A DNA stretch of 64,000 nt from the human T2T-CHM13v2.0 reference genome, Homo sapiens (GCF_009914755.1 NC_060930.1), one strand, 5' to 3'; shown: positions 42,234 to 58,148, counted from the stretch's first letter. Translations and numbers: made by a program. The notes: a model not told the origin generated them from the letters alone.

Positions 42234-44310
42234 CTTTAAGATGGAATAAGGGAGGCTTGGAAAGAGGAACGCATCCCAAACTGGTTTTTAGACCCCAAAA
42301 AGCAAAAAATTCATAAAACCAAAACTGACTGAAGCAGATTATGAAGAACCCTGAGCAAATGCCAAGCGGCATGTTCCCCAGGCTTGGAATGGCATTTGCA
42401 CTCGGCGGCAATAATTTCTTTGTTAACAAGTAAATCCTCCCAGTTCTTTCTGTGGCTTCTGAAGTGTCACTATTATATACCACTGTGGAACAACCACAGA
42501 GGGTGGGCTGGGGAGGGAGGGGACCTGACACCGGTTATCAATCTTTCACAAACCACAAGTTCTAAAACAGCACAGGATTTATGAGCAAACAAGTCCAAAG
42601 AGCCCCATCCAGGGACTGAAAAAATCATGGAGTTGGGATGACTGTGAACATGTCAGAACCAAAGAGGGAGGAGAGAAAGATGGCACAACAAAATGGGCCC
42701 TCCTTGCAGATGGATGATTCTAATTGCCATCAAACCTGATTTCAAGAGCATTTTACAGCTCTTCTTTCCCCATTTGAAAAAGTTAAATAAGTAGAACATG
42801 TCAATAAATGTGATCAATATCCAGAAAACCTTATAGTTAGCTAATATCCCAATGAGGACGTTTGTATTGATTCAGTTCTTGATGAGGTCCAGTTGTATAT
42901 CTGAGGGATCTGCTCTATGAAATGTGTAGGGCCTTGAACACAGTGGGTGTTCAGTAAATGTGAGTGCATTGGATTAGTGGCATTCTAGATAACTGAGGTT
43001 AAACAAAAACTGTCCCTTTTTTTCTCCTCTATTGTCCCATCAACTATCAAATGCCCTTGGTACATCCCCCAGAAATATTTTAAGATCAATTTATCTTTCC
43101 CATTCCCAGAACTGCACCCTTTCCTAAAATTTATCATCCAATGCCTCAAATATCACAATACCTGCCAAGCCAGTCTCCTAGCTTCTGGTTTATCAGATTA
43201 CTCTTACTAAGCATTCACCAGCTCAAAAGCTTCGAATCACTTTCTAATGCCTTTGGGATAAAGTTCAAATCCTTCTGCTGACATTCAGGGCTCATCACAA
43301 TTCAGTTTCATCATGCCTCTCCAAATTTTCAACAAATCTCAAAAGAAAAATGATGCTGGCATCAAGTCAATGTCCTCTCTGGTCTTGGTTAACAAACTGC
43401 ATTTCTGCTGCCATAACTTTGCTTTTCCTGTTCACCCAGCTCACCTTACCTAGAATGGTTTTCGCACTCCCTCCTTCTCCTCTTTCCTCTCTCCATCTTT
43501 TCCATGGAACCTCACCCCTCTCTTTGTCCTGAGGGAGACTCTCAGAACTCCAATGTTGGGATACTGTCTGTTTCACTATCGCCAGCCATTGCAGGCCATT
43601 AGTAGGACTTTCTCTCTCTCAAGCATTGTCCTGACTTCTTGATCCACTCTCCATTCATTCTTTCATTCAGCCGTGCCTTCATTCAACAATCGTTTATTGA
43701 CTATTTTGGGCCTATTTTGGGCCAGGCACCATGCAAGGACCCATGTATAGAAAGATAAATGTGAAAGAGTCTATTGTCAAGGCAATCCCAATCAAAGAGA
43801 AGGAAATTACAATGCACTGTGCTCAGTTCAATAAAATATATTTACATTATGCATATGATCTCTCTGGTTGTCAGAATCTTAAATTCCTTGAGGCCAGAAA
43901 CTATACCATGGACTTCTTTTGTGGTCCCTAGTAAGCTTATTGAGCATGTAACTTGGTTTTTGAAACATGCTTACACAACGTTAGTGAATGTTGCAATAAT
44001 AGATTAGAACTCAAAAATTTTCTTGGTATTTCTTCATTTTGCCAGGAAAAATATTCAGGTCTAAAATGTGAGTTATAGAGAATATTTCTGAAGGGATAAA
44101 GTCACTAGTGACCCCAAGAAAGAATGAGTTGCCTAACAGATGGGGCAAGAAAAAATACTTTTCTATGTACGTGTTTTTATACTTTTGAATCTGATACCAT
44201 GTGAATGAATAACTAATTGAAAAATAATACATTTGTTGATACAGTTTTAAGGAATCAATAGAGATAAAACTATAGATGCCACATTTTTATTTTTCTCTTG
44301 TCCTGTTGAG

Positions 44311-44869
44311 CAGTGATCCCCAACCTTTTTGGCACCAGGGACTGGTTTCATGGAAGACAATTTTTCCACAAATGGGGTTGTCGGGGAATGGTTTTGGGAT
44401 GGTTCAAGTGCATTACATTTAGTGTGCACTGTATTTATTGTGCACTTTATTTATACATTTATTGTATACTTTATTTACAGTGTAATATATAATGAAATAA
44501 TTTTATAATTATACAACTCATCATAATGTAGAATCAGTGGGAGCCCTGCGCTTGTTTTCCTACAACTAGATGGTTCCATCTGGGGGTGACGGGAGACAGT
44601 GACACATCATCGAGCGTTAGATTCTTATAAGGAGCACGCACCCTAGATCCCTCACATGCGCAGTTCACAATAGGGTTCATGATCCTATGAGAATCTAATG
44701 TTGCTCCTGATCTGACAGGAGGCAGAGCTCAGGCGGTAATGCGAGCAATGGGAAGTGGCTGTAAGCACAGATGAAGCTCCACTCACTTGCCCGCCTCCTG
44801 CTGTGTGGCCCGGTTCCTAACAGGCCATGGACTGGTACTGGTCTCTGGCCCAGGGGTTGGGGAACCCTA
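44311..44869. mobile_element. MER1A (hAT-Charlie derivative)
   Basis: cagtgatccccaacctttttggcaccagggactggtttcatggaagacaa...ggggttggggaacccta; ~560 bp; degenerate 8-bp TSD ctgttgag/ctctttag. Confidence 0.85.
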
Positions 44870-46375
44870 CTCTTTAGGATGCTTGATAAAATGACAACTT
44901 AGAAAATCTTTACCATAAACACAGATGATACGAATGATAGGAAGAATACAGGTGAATGGATAATACACAGTGCTATTCCAAAATAATTCTTGACTCTCTC
45001 CCCTTTCTAATGGATTTGCTTCTCTTTCCTCCTGCATTTGCTTCTAACCTAGAATTAAGTTTGAGTTCAAAAACAAACAAACAAAAAAATCTGGCTTGGC
45101 ATTCAGTAGGCTCTGGTTCTACTGGCCCTGGTGCTTTCTTGCCCACTAAGAAAATAACCAATAGCAGAGTCCGTGGGGTGTCCTGAAAGGCCGCGTGCCC
45201 TGGCCATGCCTGGAACAGAGCTAAGCATAGTCAGCCTGCACAGTCAGCAGAGCCCTTCTCAATGCCATTTCCCTCCTATATACCCCTCTGGATCTGTTCA
45301 CCTGTTTACCCGAAGAAGGGGCTGTTTTAGGGTGCTGGCCGTGGTATTAAGAGGGTCAGCTGACAAGCACATGGGTAAATGACATGAGAGGGATAACGCC
45401 CTTTTCTATCTATCTACCCCACAGCTGGTAATCTTGCTTTGTCAAGAAACAAAAGGATTTTAAAATAGGTGTTCTCTGTGTAACAAATATAGAATGGAAA
45501 GTTTTTACAAGGTACCCCTTTTAACAAAGCACCATGCATTTGAATTATATTGAGCTCAGCATCACACTCCCGGAGTTGTTCATGAAAATTAAGAACTATC
45601 CAAACTATTGAACCTCTATTAGCTGTCTGTTTCCCCCCACAACCTCCACTCCTTGTGCAAATCATATTCAACCCATTCGTGATAATGTTCTCACTGGCAC
45701 GCCTGGAAACTATTAAAAACAGATGTCCAGACCACACTGCAGACATCTGGGATGGAACAACTCTGGTGGGGTCATAAACATGTCTCTGTGCGTGGAGGAT
45801 AAGCCCCCTTCAGGTGTCTGTTTAGGGTCTTCTTATAATACCAAATATGTAACTTCCAAACGAGAAACTAGAGGCAGCTTGCATTTGCATTTACTTTGGC
45901 ATTTTTTTTCTTATTTTTAAGTCTGCTTTCACGGATTCTGAAACGTAAACTCTTATCTTGAGCTGCTGAGGCCTTCATAAAGATTACAGTGAGACCACAC
46001 ATTTATACATTGAAACTGGAGATTCGACTTGTGTATGTTACCCACCCTGGAAACACCAGTTCCTACTTTGTTTCATCTAATAAATGCTCTATTATTAGAG
46101 AAAGAAAGAGGGGAAGAAAGGGATAACTATATTTAAACCAAGTTTTATTTGCTTTCACTGTTACTATCAATTGTTCCTCCAGTATTTGCACAGTTTCTGA
46201 AAGTATTTAAGCCAAAGCAATGCTTGTCCCAACTTTTTTTTTATAATGAGGAAAATATGTCTGGTCTTATTCATACTATCAGAATACAAGAGTAGGCTTT
46301 GGGCATGAACAAACGGTAGTGATTGGAGAATCCCAAAGATTGATTTCTCTAAAGAAAAATTTAAAATTGACTTCG

Positions 46376-46498
46376 GTATTGTATGAAAGGAGAGAAGGTT
46401 GGCATTCCCTTTGACAAGGATGGAAGAGGCCCTCAGGCCTGACAACAAGCATTTAGTTAAGGCATTGCCACCTACTTCATGGCATCTAACCATTATTT
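46376..46498 (+). pseudogene. RNU6ATAC: U6atac minor-spliceosome snRNA pseudogene
   Basis: Full-length match to U6atac (ttgtatgaaaggagagaaggtt...gacaaggatggaagaggccctc...aggcattgccacctacttc...catctaaccat) with multiple substitutions including CpG decay, followed by an A-rich tail. Confidence 0.93.
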
Positions 46499-48908
46499 AA
46501 ATAAAAAATAAAATAAAATAAAGTTAAATATGGCACCTTTTACTGCTAAATCACTGACTTTTGAGAATAGTTTCTATGTTGATGGTTGTTTCTCATACGA
46601 TAGTGTTGGGAAAGGATTCAAATCCATCCCATTGAAGGAGAAATGCGTTTGACTTAACAAGTGTTAAAATCTCCGGAGCAAGAACATACATGAAAGATAG
46701 AATGAACAGCTTTCTATTCTGTATCCCCAGCCTCCACCTCGCCTCCACCCTGCCCTTTACTCTCAAAAACCCATATGCTATGATGGTTTCTGTCTATTCT
46801 TCCTGGGCAGCAAATCTGGAAAGCGGGGTGCTAAAGGGAGCCCAGAGTGAAGAGGGTTTTTGAGCTTCCAGAGGATTATTGAGGGCTGATTAGCCATGGC
46901 TTTCCCCAGAACTCATATGTTCTCAGGCAAGTCTAGGTTCTGAGCCAATAGAGAGCTTAATGGAACCACAAGGAGTTAAGAGTGACTCTTTCACAGTGAC
47001 TCTCTTGGCTGTCATCGGAGATCCAGAGCACAATACAAAAAGGGCACTTAGTCTTCTTTTCTTTCAGCCTAGGAGGTTACATATTTAGTAGTTTCATGAC
47101 CAGTAAGCAGAAAATCAAGTCATCCGCTCCAAAAGAAATAGCAATAGAAGTATATAGAAGTATATGCTTACTTCTGTATCACTTTTTTTCTGCTTTGGGG
47201 GGGCCCAAAGTTGTTTTTTTTTTTAAATCTTAGTCAATTTTTTTAATACACAGTTGATTACTTATTATGGTTTTTATCTGCTTATGATACTTCTACATTT
47301 TTCTTGACAAAGATTGAGATGATATTCATACCCCCTTGGATATTAAAAAAAATCACAGATGAAAAGGAAAAATCTTTCTGTGGTTATTTCACAAACTGGA
47401 AAAAGTAAACAACATATAATAATCATAAATCAATATTATTTTCAGACCATGCAAAGAGAGGCAGCAGCTGAAGAAACAAATTGCCCCTTAGAGAGTAGGG
47501 TGAAAATGCAAAATGTTTTTGTGAGAATTTTTTTAATACAGATGTTTGGAGTCTTATGGATAATTATTTCTAAGTCACTGTGATTTGGGAAGGACTTCTT
47601 TCCCATACTTCCTTTTCACCAATAGCCTTTGAGCTTCTCTATCCACATTCGTGAACATTCATCAAATCAGAACACCCACTACCTCCTGGATTATTAGGAT
47701 TATCAAAATGCAAAGAGAAAGAACCCGATCATACGCAGGTTCGAGTTTCAAAATGACCGGTGAGACTCCTACACAAATGATAGGCATGCATACCAAAGAT
47801 GTGATTTTAGGAACTGGGCTTTTGAGTTTCAATAGACTGAGCCTATTGATAACACACAAAGTTTATGACATAAACAATAGATTGGAAAGAGTATCGCTGA
47901 AAACTAAATTGCAACTCCATCGGCTAGGGTAGACAATTAGGAAAGGAAAACAGTCAAGTCAGATGATGATGCGGGCCTACAGGAGAGCTCACCAGACCCT
48001 GCCCTATGTCCACAGCCAAGATGGGCTCCGGAGGGAGGGGAACTGGTAGAAATTTCAGATAGGGACCTGAGATCAGGGGAGACTGGAATTCCTCAAGGAA
48101 GCCTGGGACATTGAGAAACTTTAAGGAGAAGTCACCTTAGCCAGCTTGAAGTGGCGACTAAAGAAGTGAAGTGGCAGGAGGTCTGAGGCAGGTCCCTGAG
48201 TCTCTGCCCCGGAGAGGAGCGGGAAAGCAGCACACAGTCTTACACCCTCCCGCTTCCCATGAGGGAGCAAAAGGGCTGAGAAAAACAGGGAACTAGGAGG
48301 GGCCTCAAGATCAAAATGAGTTGTACTTGGAGTATGTGGACCACAACCAGAGACAATAGTGTGATCATAAATGGCTCAAGGAACACTGGATGAATAGACA
48401 GTGAAGACAGAAGACCAGATGCCCCTCCCCTCCAATTCACTGACAGCATGAAGCTCTCCCCTGTGTCTCAAATACAGCCCCAGGGAGAAGTTATCCCTCA
48501 TTGACTAAGTTTTAGTGCCTGTCGCCAGTGGAATAAGGGCTTAAGTTAGAAATGAAATGGAGTAACTTTTCTTATGTTTTTAAAGTCACGTTTTTTGTGC
48601 ACTCAAGTTTGTGGACAGTGAAAATGATATTTATGCTACATTGTGGTAACAGGAAAATATATAAATAATCCATAATTGTCACATGACAAGGAATGTTTAA
48701 AAAATCTGAATATCCTGACGAGCCAGGGTAGATCATTGCTGGTAGTCACTCTCAGGGTCGCTTAAGAAAGAGGCTCTATAAAATTGAAGTAAGCATATAG
48801 ACATCTCACAGTAATTACATTTTTCTTATAATGATCAGATCTTTGTTAACACGAAATGATTTTGATCTGAGCACCACAAATGAAAACAAAGTAAACATAG
48901 AACATTTG

Positions 48909-49090
48909 AGCCAGGCACGGTGGCTCATGCCTGTAATCTCAACATTTTAGGAGGCTGAGACTGGAGGATCAATTGAGTTTAGGAAGTCAAGGCTGCAATG
49001 AGCTATGATCATGCCACTACACTCCAACCTGGGTGATTAGAGCAAGACCCTGTCTCAAAAAAGAAGAAAAGAAAAAAGAAAGAAACAGAA
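48909..49090 (+). mobile_element. Monomeric Alu (FRAM-like)
   Basis: Single ~150-bp monomer plus A-rich tail. Confidence 0.8.
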
Positions 49091-50497
49091 AGTTGGTATG
49101 TAAAACGTATAAGAAATGAAAAATAACTAAGATCATGATACAGTCCGGAGGAACAAAGGATACCTTTCTAGGGCTTAAAGCATCAGGATGAATGGATACC
49201 TCCACAATGATCTTGAGGACTTGATCAATAGTGAGCACCTAATAACTGTTTTAAAAATAAAAACAGCTTCATTTTTAGGGAATTTTCAAAATCACCCATG
49301 ATTTTCTTCTTTTTCATTCTTCCCCTTCTTCCATGAAAAGAAAACAATATTTGAGCCCTTTAATGATCACTTTCTGTTCCATGTTCTCAATTTGTCCATT
49401 TTTGTCATCAGGCTAATTATTCCACTTATTCATTCATCCACTCAATAGCTATGTATTGAATGTTCGGTATGTGCCATGCACTGTATTAGGTTCTGAGAAT
49501 CCATCAGTGAACAAGAGAGAAAAAATTGTCTTACCTGAAGAAGCTAATAAGAGCACCAAATACTAAACAAATTGAATATGTTAGAAGATAAGTGCTATGG
49601 AGAGTGATAAAGTAAGGAGGGGAATAGGGAATGTGGAGGGAGAGGTAATAATCTTAAATGCAGTGGTCTGATCAGAGCTTACGAAGATGGTGACATTTGA
49701 GCAAACACCTGAAAGAGATGAGGAAATGAGCTCTGCAGAGATCTGGGGAAAGTGCTCTTGGTGGAGCGGACATTAAGTGCAAAGGCCTTGAAGGGGATGC
49801 ATGTCTTGTGTGTTTAAGGAAGGGCAAGGAGACCAGCGGAGCACAAAGAATACAGGGGAGACAGTAAAAGGAAGTGAAGTCCGAAAGTGATGGAAACCAG
49901 ATTGTAGGACCTTAAGACCATTACAAAGACTTTGGCTTTTACTCTGGAGGGCTGTAGGCAGAGGGATGACATTATCTGAATGACATCCTAATAGCACCAC
50001 CACAGCCACTGGAGTGGGAATAGACTAAAGAGGCCAATGGCAGAGACAGGTGGAGCATTTAGGACAGTTGCGGTAAATCAGGTGAGAGTTGATATTAGCA
50101 TGGACAAGACTGGTTGCCATGGAGGGGAAAAGAAATGGTCAGATTCTGGACTTAGTATGAAGATAAAACTAGTGAGATATATTTATGGATTAAATGTGGG
50201 GTGGGGCAAAAAAGGAGTCCAAGATGACTCTGAATTAGAAGAACTGGAAGGATGCAGTTGCTATTAGCTAAAAGGAGGAAAATTGAAGAAGAAATCAATT
50301 TGAGGTGATGGGCAAAGACCAGACACTGTGTGAGCTGTTCGACATCCAAGTGGAAAAGTCAAGTAAGGAGCTCAGCATAGGCCTGGGTTGAAGACGTAGA
50401 TGGAGAATAATCTGTGCATTAATGGGTTTGGACTTAGGCATTTAGACAAGGTCATCAAGGGAATGAGCATAGATAAAAAAGAATTCTAAGAATTCTA

Positions 50498-50748
50498 AGC
50501 TATGATCATGCCACTATACTCCAGCCTGGGTGATAGAGCAAGACTCTGTCAAAAAAAGAAAGGAAGGAGAGAAAGAAAGAGAGAAAGAAGAAGGAAAGAA
50601 AGAGAGAGAGATAAAGAGAGAGAGGAAGGAAGGAAGGAAGGAAGAGAGAGACAGAAACAGAAAGAAAGGAAGGAAGAAAGGAAGGAAGGAAAGGAGGGAG
50701 GGGGAAAGAAAGAAAGAGAGAGGGAGAGAGGGAGGGAAGGAGGCAGAC

Positions 50749-50807
<59 letters not shown>

Positions 50808-50987
50808 GAAAGAAAGAAAGAAAAGAAAAGGAAGGAAGGAAAAGTTTGTATGTAAAATATGTAAGAAATGAAAAATAACTAAGATCATACTACAGTCAGG
50901 AGGAACAAAGGATACCTTTCCAGGGCTTAAAACATCATGCTGAATGAATACCTCCACAATGATCTTGAGGACTTGATCAATAGTGAG
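50498..50987 (+). repeat. Direct local duplicate of 49001-49235 with expanded purine microsatellite
   Basis: Both copies run from agctatgatcatgccact to gacttgatcaatagtgag and share ~150 bp of non-Alu flank. Confidence 0.93.
50551..50843. repeat. Compound polypurine microsatellite (GA/GGAA/GAAA), including (GAAA)14 at 50750-50805
   Basis: Read directly. Confidence 0.95.
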
Positions 50988-51312
50988 GGCATTCCAAAGA
51001 TAAAAGGTCTAGAAGATGAGAAGGAATAAAGAGGCTTTGTTTGAGATAGGGTAAAACCAGAAGTGGGGATATCCCTGAAAATATCAGAAGGAAATTAATA
51101 GCCACCTAGAATATTCATTGATACTGCTGCCCTTAGAGCATCTTGTGCTCTTTAATGACCATGAGCTTTCATTTGGACAGTCACAAGAAGTGTGATGAAA
51201 AACAGATAAAACACAGGACCTTACTAAGGAGGTTACTGATAGGAGACCCTTTCATTAAAAATGGTAATTCAAAGAATACTCGAGCCAAGAATTTCTTCTG
51301 AAAGAATCACAG

Positions 51313-51603
51313 GGCAGGGTGCAGTAGCTCACACCTGTAATCCCACCATTTTGGAAGGCCAAGGTGGAAGGATCATTGAGCCCAGGAGTTTGAGACCAGC
51401 CTGGGCAATATAGCAAGACCCAGTTTCTACATTTTTTTTAATTAGCCAGCTGTGGTGGTGCACACCTGTAGTCACAGCTACTAGGGAGACCAAGGCAGGA
51501 GGATCACTGGAGTCCAGGAGTTTGAGGCTATAGTGAGCTATGATCCTACCACTGCACTCCAATCTGGGCAACAGAGTGAGTCGCATCTCTAAAAATAAAT
51601 AAA
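51313..51603 (+). mobile_element. AluJ-type SINE
   Basis: Diverged dimeric Alu. Confidence 0.88.
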
Positions 51604-52817
51604 AGGGTCGCAGGTTGGTAATGACCCCCAGATTCCTGACAGAAGAAAATTTCTCTTGAAGAATGCTACTTCAGTCAGGTTGCAAAGAATTTCCATAGAT
51701 AAATTTCCATTAAACTTGATCTCACATTTGAATATCCTTAAGAACATGAGAAAACAAGGCACCATGAGCAAGAGTCAGCAGGAATAACAGACAGTAGAAT
51801 CAGACCTGCATAGACTTAAGCAGGTGTATTTTGAAAATCTGTATGGTTAAAGAAAGGTGTTGTGGCTTGCAAATGTTTCATTATATGTTTAAAGAAATAA
51901 AAAGGGGCATTGAAATTATGAGTAAGAGTGGAAAAAAGACAATAAAAATATCCAAGCAGTTTTGAAAAAACACTAAGTAGAACTAATAGAGATAAAAAAT
52001 GATAGTAATTGAAGTTTTAAAACACAAGAAATGGATTAAATGGAAGATTAGACACATCTGAAAGTAGGATTCATATATAATTTTAAAGTTAAAATTATAC
52101 TGAGATGCAGCACAGAAAGACAACTAGATTGTAGAGTGAAAAGACAAGGAATAGGTGCTCGAGAGCACCTAACACACAATAAAAGCTCTACAAAATCATA
52201 AAAGAATGGTGAGCTGGGGAAAATAATAGTTGGAGACAACATGGCTGAAAATTTTTCAGCTTTGATGGACAAGACTCAGAGCCAGAAATTAAAATGAATT
52301 CTAAGCAGGATAAATACAAAGAAATCTGCATCTACACCATTATAGTAAAACTACAGAATAGCAATGGAAAAGAGATCTTAGAAGGAATCAGAGAAAGAAA
52401 AGACCTATGTACATTAAAAAGAACAATTCTTACACAGACCAGATACAGTGGAAACCAAAAGACAGTGGACTAGTGTCTTCAAAGTGCTAAGAAAAAAAAA
52501 AATGACTGCCAACCTAAAATTGTAAAGCCTGTATAGATTATATTTAGAGCAAAGCCAAATAGAAACATCGTTTAGACAAACCAAAAAAAAAAGAAATTTT
52601 ACAATCAAGTCCTTATTAAAGGCAATTAATCAAAACCCTATAGAAGAATATCAGTAGGAAAAAAGAAAATCGCAGAGTAAAGATAAGACACATAAGTAAT
52701 GTCAAGCAAAAACATTGTTAACATTTAATGAAATCTAAAACAAACATTGAAAGTATAAAACAAAAAGAATGAAGTATCTAATTTGTAGTATCAAAAATAT
52801 AGGAAGAATTAAAATAG

Positions 52818-54702
<1,885 letters not shown>

Positions 54703-54978
54703 AAAAACACTAATTGATTTATTAAGTAGGCATGCTAAACATCCCAGGTAACTAAGACTAAAAGTATAATTTATTACTTTCACACTCGTACAGTGAAAAA
54801 TAATAGAGTGAGAAAAATCAACCAAAAAGAAGTCAAGACATGAAAAAAGAAAAGTGGAGCCATATGGCGTATTTGAGAACACAACATAGCAGAAATAAAT
54901 CCAAATGCATCCAAAGTTTGATAGCCTGAGTAAAAAATATAAGCATAGCTATTAGCTGTTCATAAGAGAAATTCTTAA

Positions 54979-56145
54979 CTCATCTCTCACCTTATATAAG
55001 AATCAACTCAAGATGGATCAAAGACTTAAATCTAAGACCTGAAACCACAAAAATTCTATTAGAAGATAACATCAGAAAAACTCCTCTAGACATTGACTTA
55101 TGCAAAGAATTCATGACCCAGAACCCAAAAGCAAATGCAACAAAAATAAATAAATGGAACCTGATTAAACTAAAAGCTTCTGCACAGCAAAAAAAAAATA
55201 ATCAGCAGTGTAAACAGACAACTCATGGAGTGGGAGAGAAAATACTTGCAAAATGTACATCAAAAAAAGGACTAATATCCAGAATCTACAAGGAACTCAA
55301 ACAAATCAGCAAGATAAAAACAAATAATCCCATCAAAAAGTAGGCAAAGGACATAAATAGAAAATTTTCAAAAGAAGATATACGAACAGCCAACAAACAT
55401 ATGAAAATATGCAAATTAAACAACAGAGTAATGCAAATTAAAATCACAATGCAAGAATGGCCATAATTTAAAAGTCAAAAAATTATAGATGTTGGTGTGG
55501 ATGTAGTGAAAAGGGAATAGTTGTACACTGCTGGTGGTAATGTAAGCTAGTACAACCACTATAGAAACAGAATGAATATTCCTTAAGGAACTAAAAGTAG
55601 AGCTAGCATTCAATCTAGCAATCCCACTACTGGACATCTACCCAAAGGAAAAGAAGTCATTATATGAAAAAGATACATGCACACGCATGTTTATAGCAGC
55701 ACAATTCACAACTGCAAAAATATGGAACCAACCTAAATGCCCATCAAGCAACGAGTAAATAAAGAACATGTAGTATATATACACCATGGAATACTTCTCG
55801 GCCATAAAGTGAAATGAAATAATGGCATTCACAGCAACCTTGATACAGGTGAACATTATTCTAAGTGGAGTAACTCAAGAATGGAAAACCAAACATCGTA
55901 TGTTCTCACTTATAAGCAGGAGCTAAGCTATGAGGATTCAAAGGCATAAGAATGATGTAATGGACTTTGGGAATTCAGGGGGAAGGGTAGTGGGGGAATG
56001 AGAGATAAAAGACTACATATTGGCTACAGTGTACATTGCTCAAGTGATGGGTGCACCGAAATCTTAGAAACCACCACTAAAGAATTTATCCATGTAACCA
56101 AAAACCACCTGTTCCCCAAAAACTATTGAAATTAAATTAAAAAAG
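54979..56145 (+). mobile_element. 5'-truncated L1PB-like element
   Basis: ORF2 end and 3'UTR ending ccaaaaaccacctgttccccaaaaactattgaaat. Confidence 0.88.
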
Positions 56146-56157
56146 AAAGATGTACTC

Positions 56158-56453
56158 GGCTGGGAGCAGTGGCTCATGCCTGTAATCCCAGCACTTTGGA
56201 AGGCCGAGGCGGGCAGATCACCTGAGGTCAGGAGTTCGAGATCAGCCTGACCAACATGGTGAAACCCCACCTCTACTAAAAATACAAAAATTAGCTGGGA
56301 ATGGTGGCTGGAGCCTATAATCCCAGCTACTTGGGAGGCTGAGGCAAAAGAATTGCTTGAACCTGGGAGGCAGAGGAGCCCAGATCACACCATTGTACTC
56401 CAGCCTGGGTGACAGAGCAGAACGCCATCTCAAAAAAAAAAAAAAAAAAAAAA
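56158..56453 (+). mobile_element. AluS SINE with small deletion in right arm
   Basis: Dimeric Alu with long poly(A). Confidence 0.92.
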
Positions 56454-58148
56454 GGCATGCTTAAAGCACAAGGACATGAAAGGTTGAAAGTAAAAGGTTG
56501 GGAAATATACCAGGAAAACATTAGCCAACAGAAAGATACGGTGGCTAGGCTATACTACCACTGAACAACAACAAAAACCTTTAAGAAAAAAGTATTCCTA
56601 AAGATAACATGGTCACTCTATATTAACAAAACCTTCAATCTACAAAAAAAGCTGTAATAGTTCTAAACGTTTACATACTTAATAATAAATCCTAAAAATA
56701 TGGTTAGCATTAGAGTAGAAAAAGTATTAACTAAATTATAAGGACAATTTACAAATCAACCATCTTTGTAGAATATTTTAATGCAAACTTATCAGTTATA
56801 GTTAAATCAAGCAAAGAAAAACAATGAAAAATAAAAAGACAGGACATTTTAACAGCCCAATTAACAAGTTTGGATTTATATATTACCCAACAATTGAAGA
56901 ATATATATTCATTTTCAAATACCCAGCATATTTTTGAATAGGCCACATGCTACACTATGAAACAAGTCTCAACATATTTCAAAGAATTCATATCATATGG
57001 GCAAATTCTTTCACAACAATAAAATTAGGTTAAAAATCAATAACAAAAAGAAAACTAGATTTTTTAAAAATCATTTGGAAATTTAAGTCGTACTTTCCAA
57101 TAACTTATGAGTAAAAAAAGAAAAGAAATTAGAAGAGAGTCAAAATGAAAACATACTGAAAATACACATATTGAACTGAAATGTTACTAACAGAAGTGTT
57201 TTTTGTTTTAGGTGCTTATATTAGAAAAGAAACGGTTGAAAATGCACAAAACATCCAGCTTCAGAAGTTAGATAAAAGGCAGGAAAGTTAAATTTAAGAA
57301 AGCAGAAAGTGGGCAAAAATAAAGAAAAACAAATTAGTAAAACAGAAAACAAACATACAATAAATATCAACAAAGCCAAAATTTAGTTCTTAGGAAAAAC
57401 TAGTTAAATTGACAACCTCTTGCAAGATTAATCAAGAGAAAAGAAAGAAGATATAAAGAAACATTATTAGGGATGAATACAAAGGCATAACCACAGATGC
57501 TATAAAGATCTAAAAAGATAATAAAACATTATGAATAAGAAACCAATAAATTTTCAAAAATTATACAAAATGGAGAAATTCACAGAAAGAAATTTAACTT
57601 ACAAAACTGACTCAGAAAGAACCAGAATGCCAAATTAGTTCTATGACTATTAATGTAATCCAAATTTCTCACAAAGGCAGCAGGCCCAGACTTTTATGGC
57701 AAGTTCAGCAAACTTTTAAAGAACTTATCAATCCAATGTTATCCAATTTTCCAGAAAAAAGTGGGAATACTCTTCAACTTATTTTATGATGTTGGATACT
57801 GTATACAGGACCCTATACATAGGAACTGTATAAAAAAGGGATATTACAAGCAAATTTCACATATTAACACAGATGTAATACCTAAAAAAGATATTAAGAA
57901 AACAAATATGTTTTTAAAAGTTAATACATACAGACCAAATTGGTTTATTGTTAGAAAATTGATTGGTTTATTGTTAGAAAATTGATTAATTCACCACTTT
58001 GGTTAAAAGAGAAAACCATTTGATTATCTTAATACGTGCAAGGGGCACAGAGCATTAAAAAAACACATTTTGCGAACTAAAAATTGACAGGAACATCTTA
58101 ACCTCATAATGAGAATTTAAACAAACTAATGCAAATACTATATTTAAC

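Larger units (their letters stand above)
49425..51080 (-). mobile_element. L2 LINE remnant interrupted by a duplicated segment
   Basis: Antisense L2 3' end cattcatccactcaatagctatgtattgaatg; L2-like sequence resumes after 50988. Confidence 0.7.

Noticed and set aside
50502-50957. K/E/R-rich and F/L/S-rich ORFs
   Set aside because: Translations of the purine microsatellite
55408-55440. Two ATGCAAAT octamer motifs
   Set aside because: They lie within L1 ORF2-derived sequence where this motif is part of the repeat
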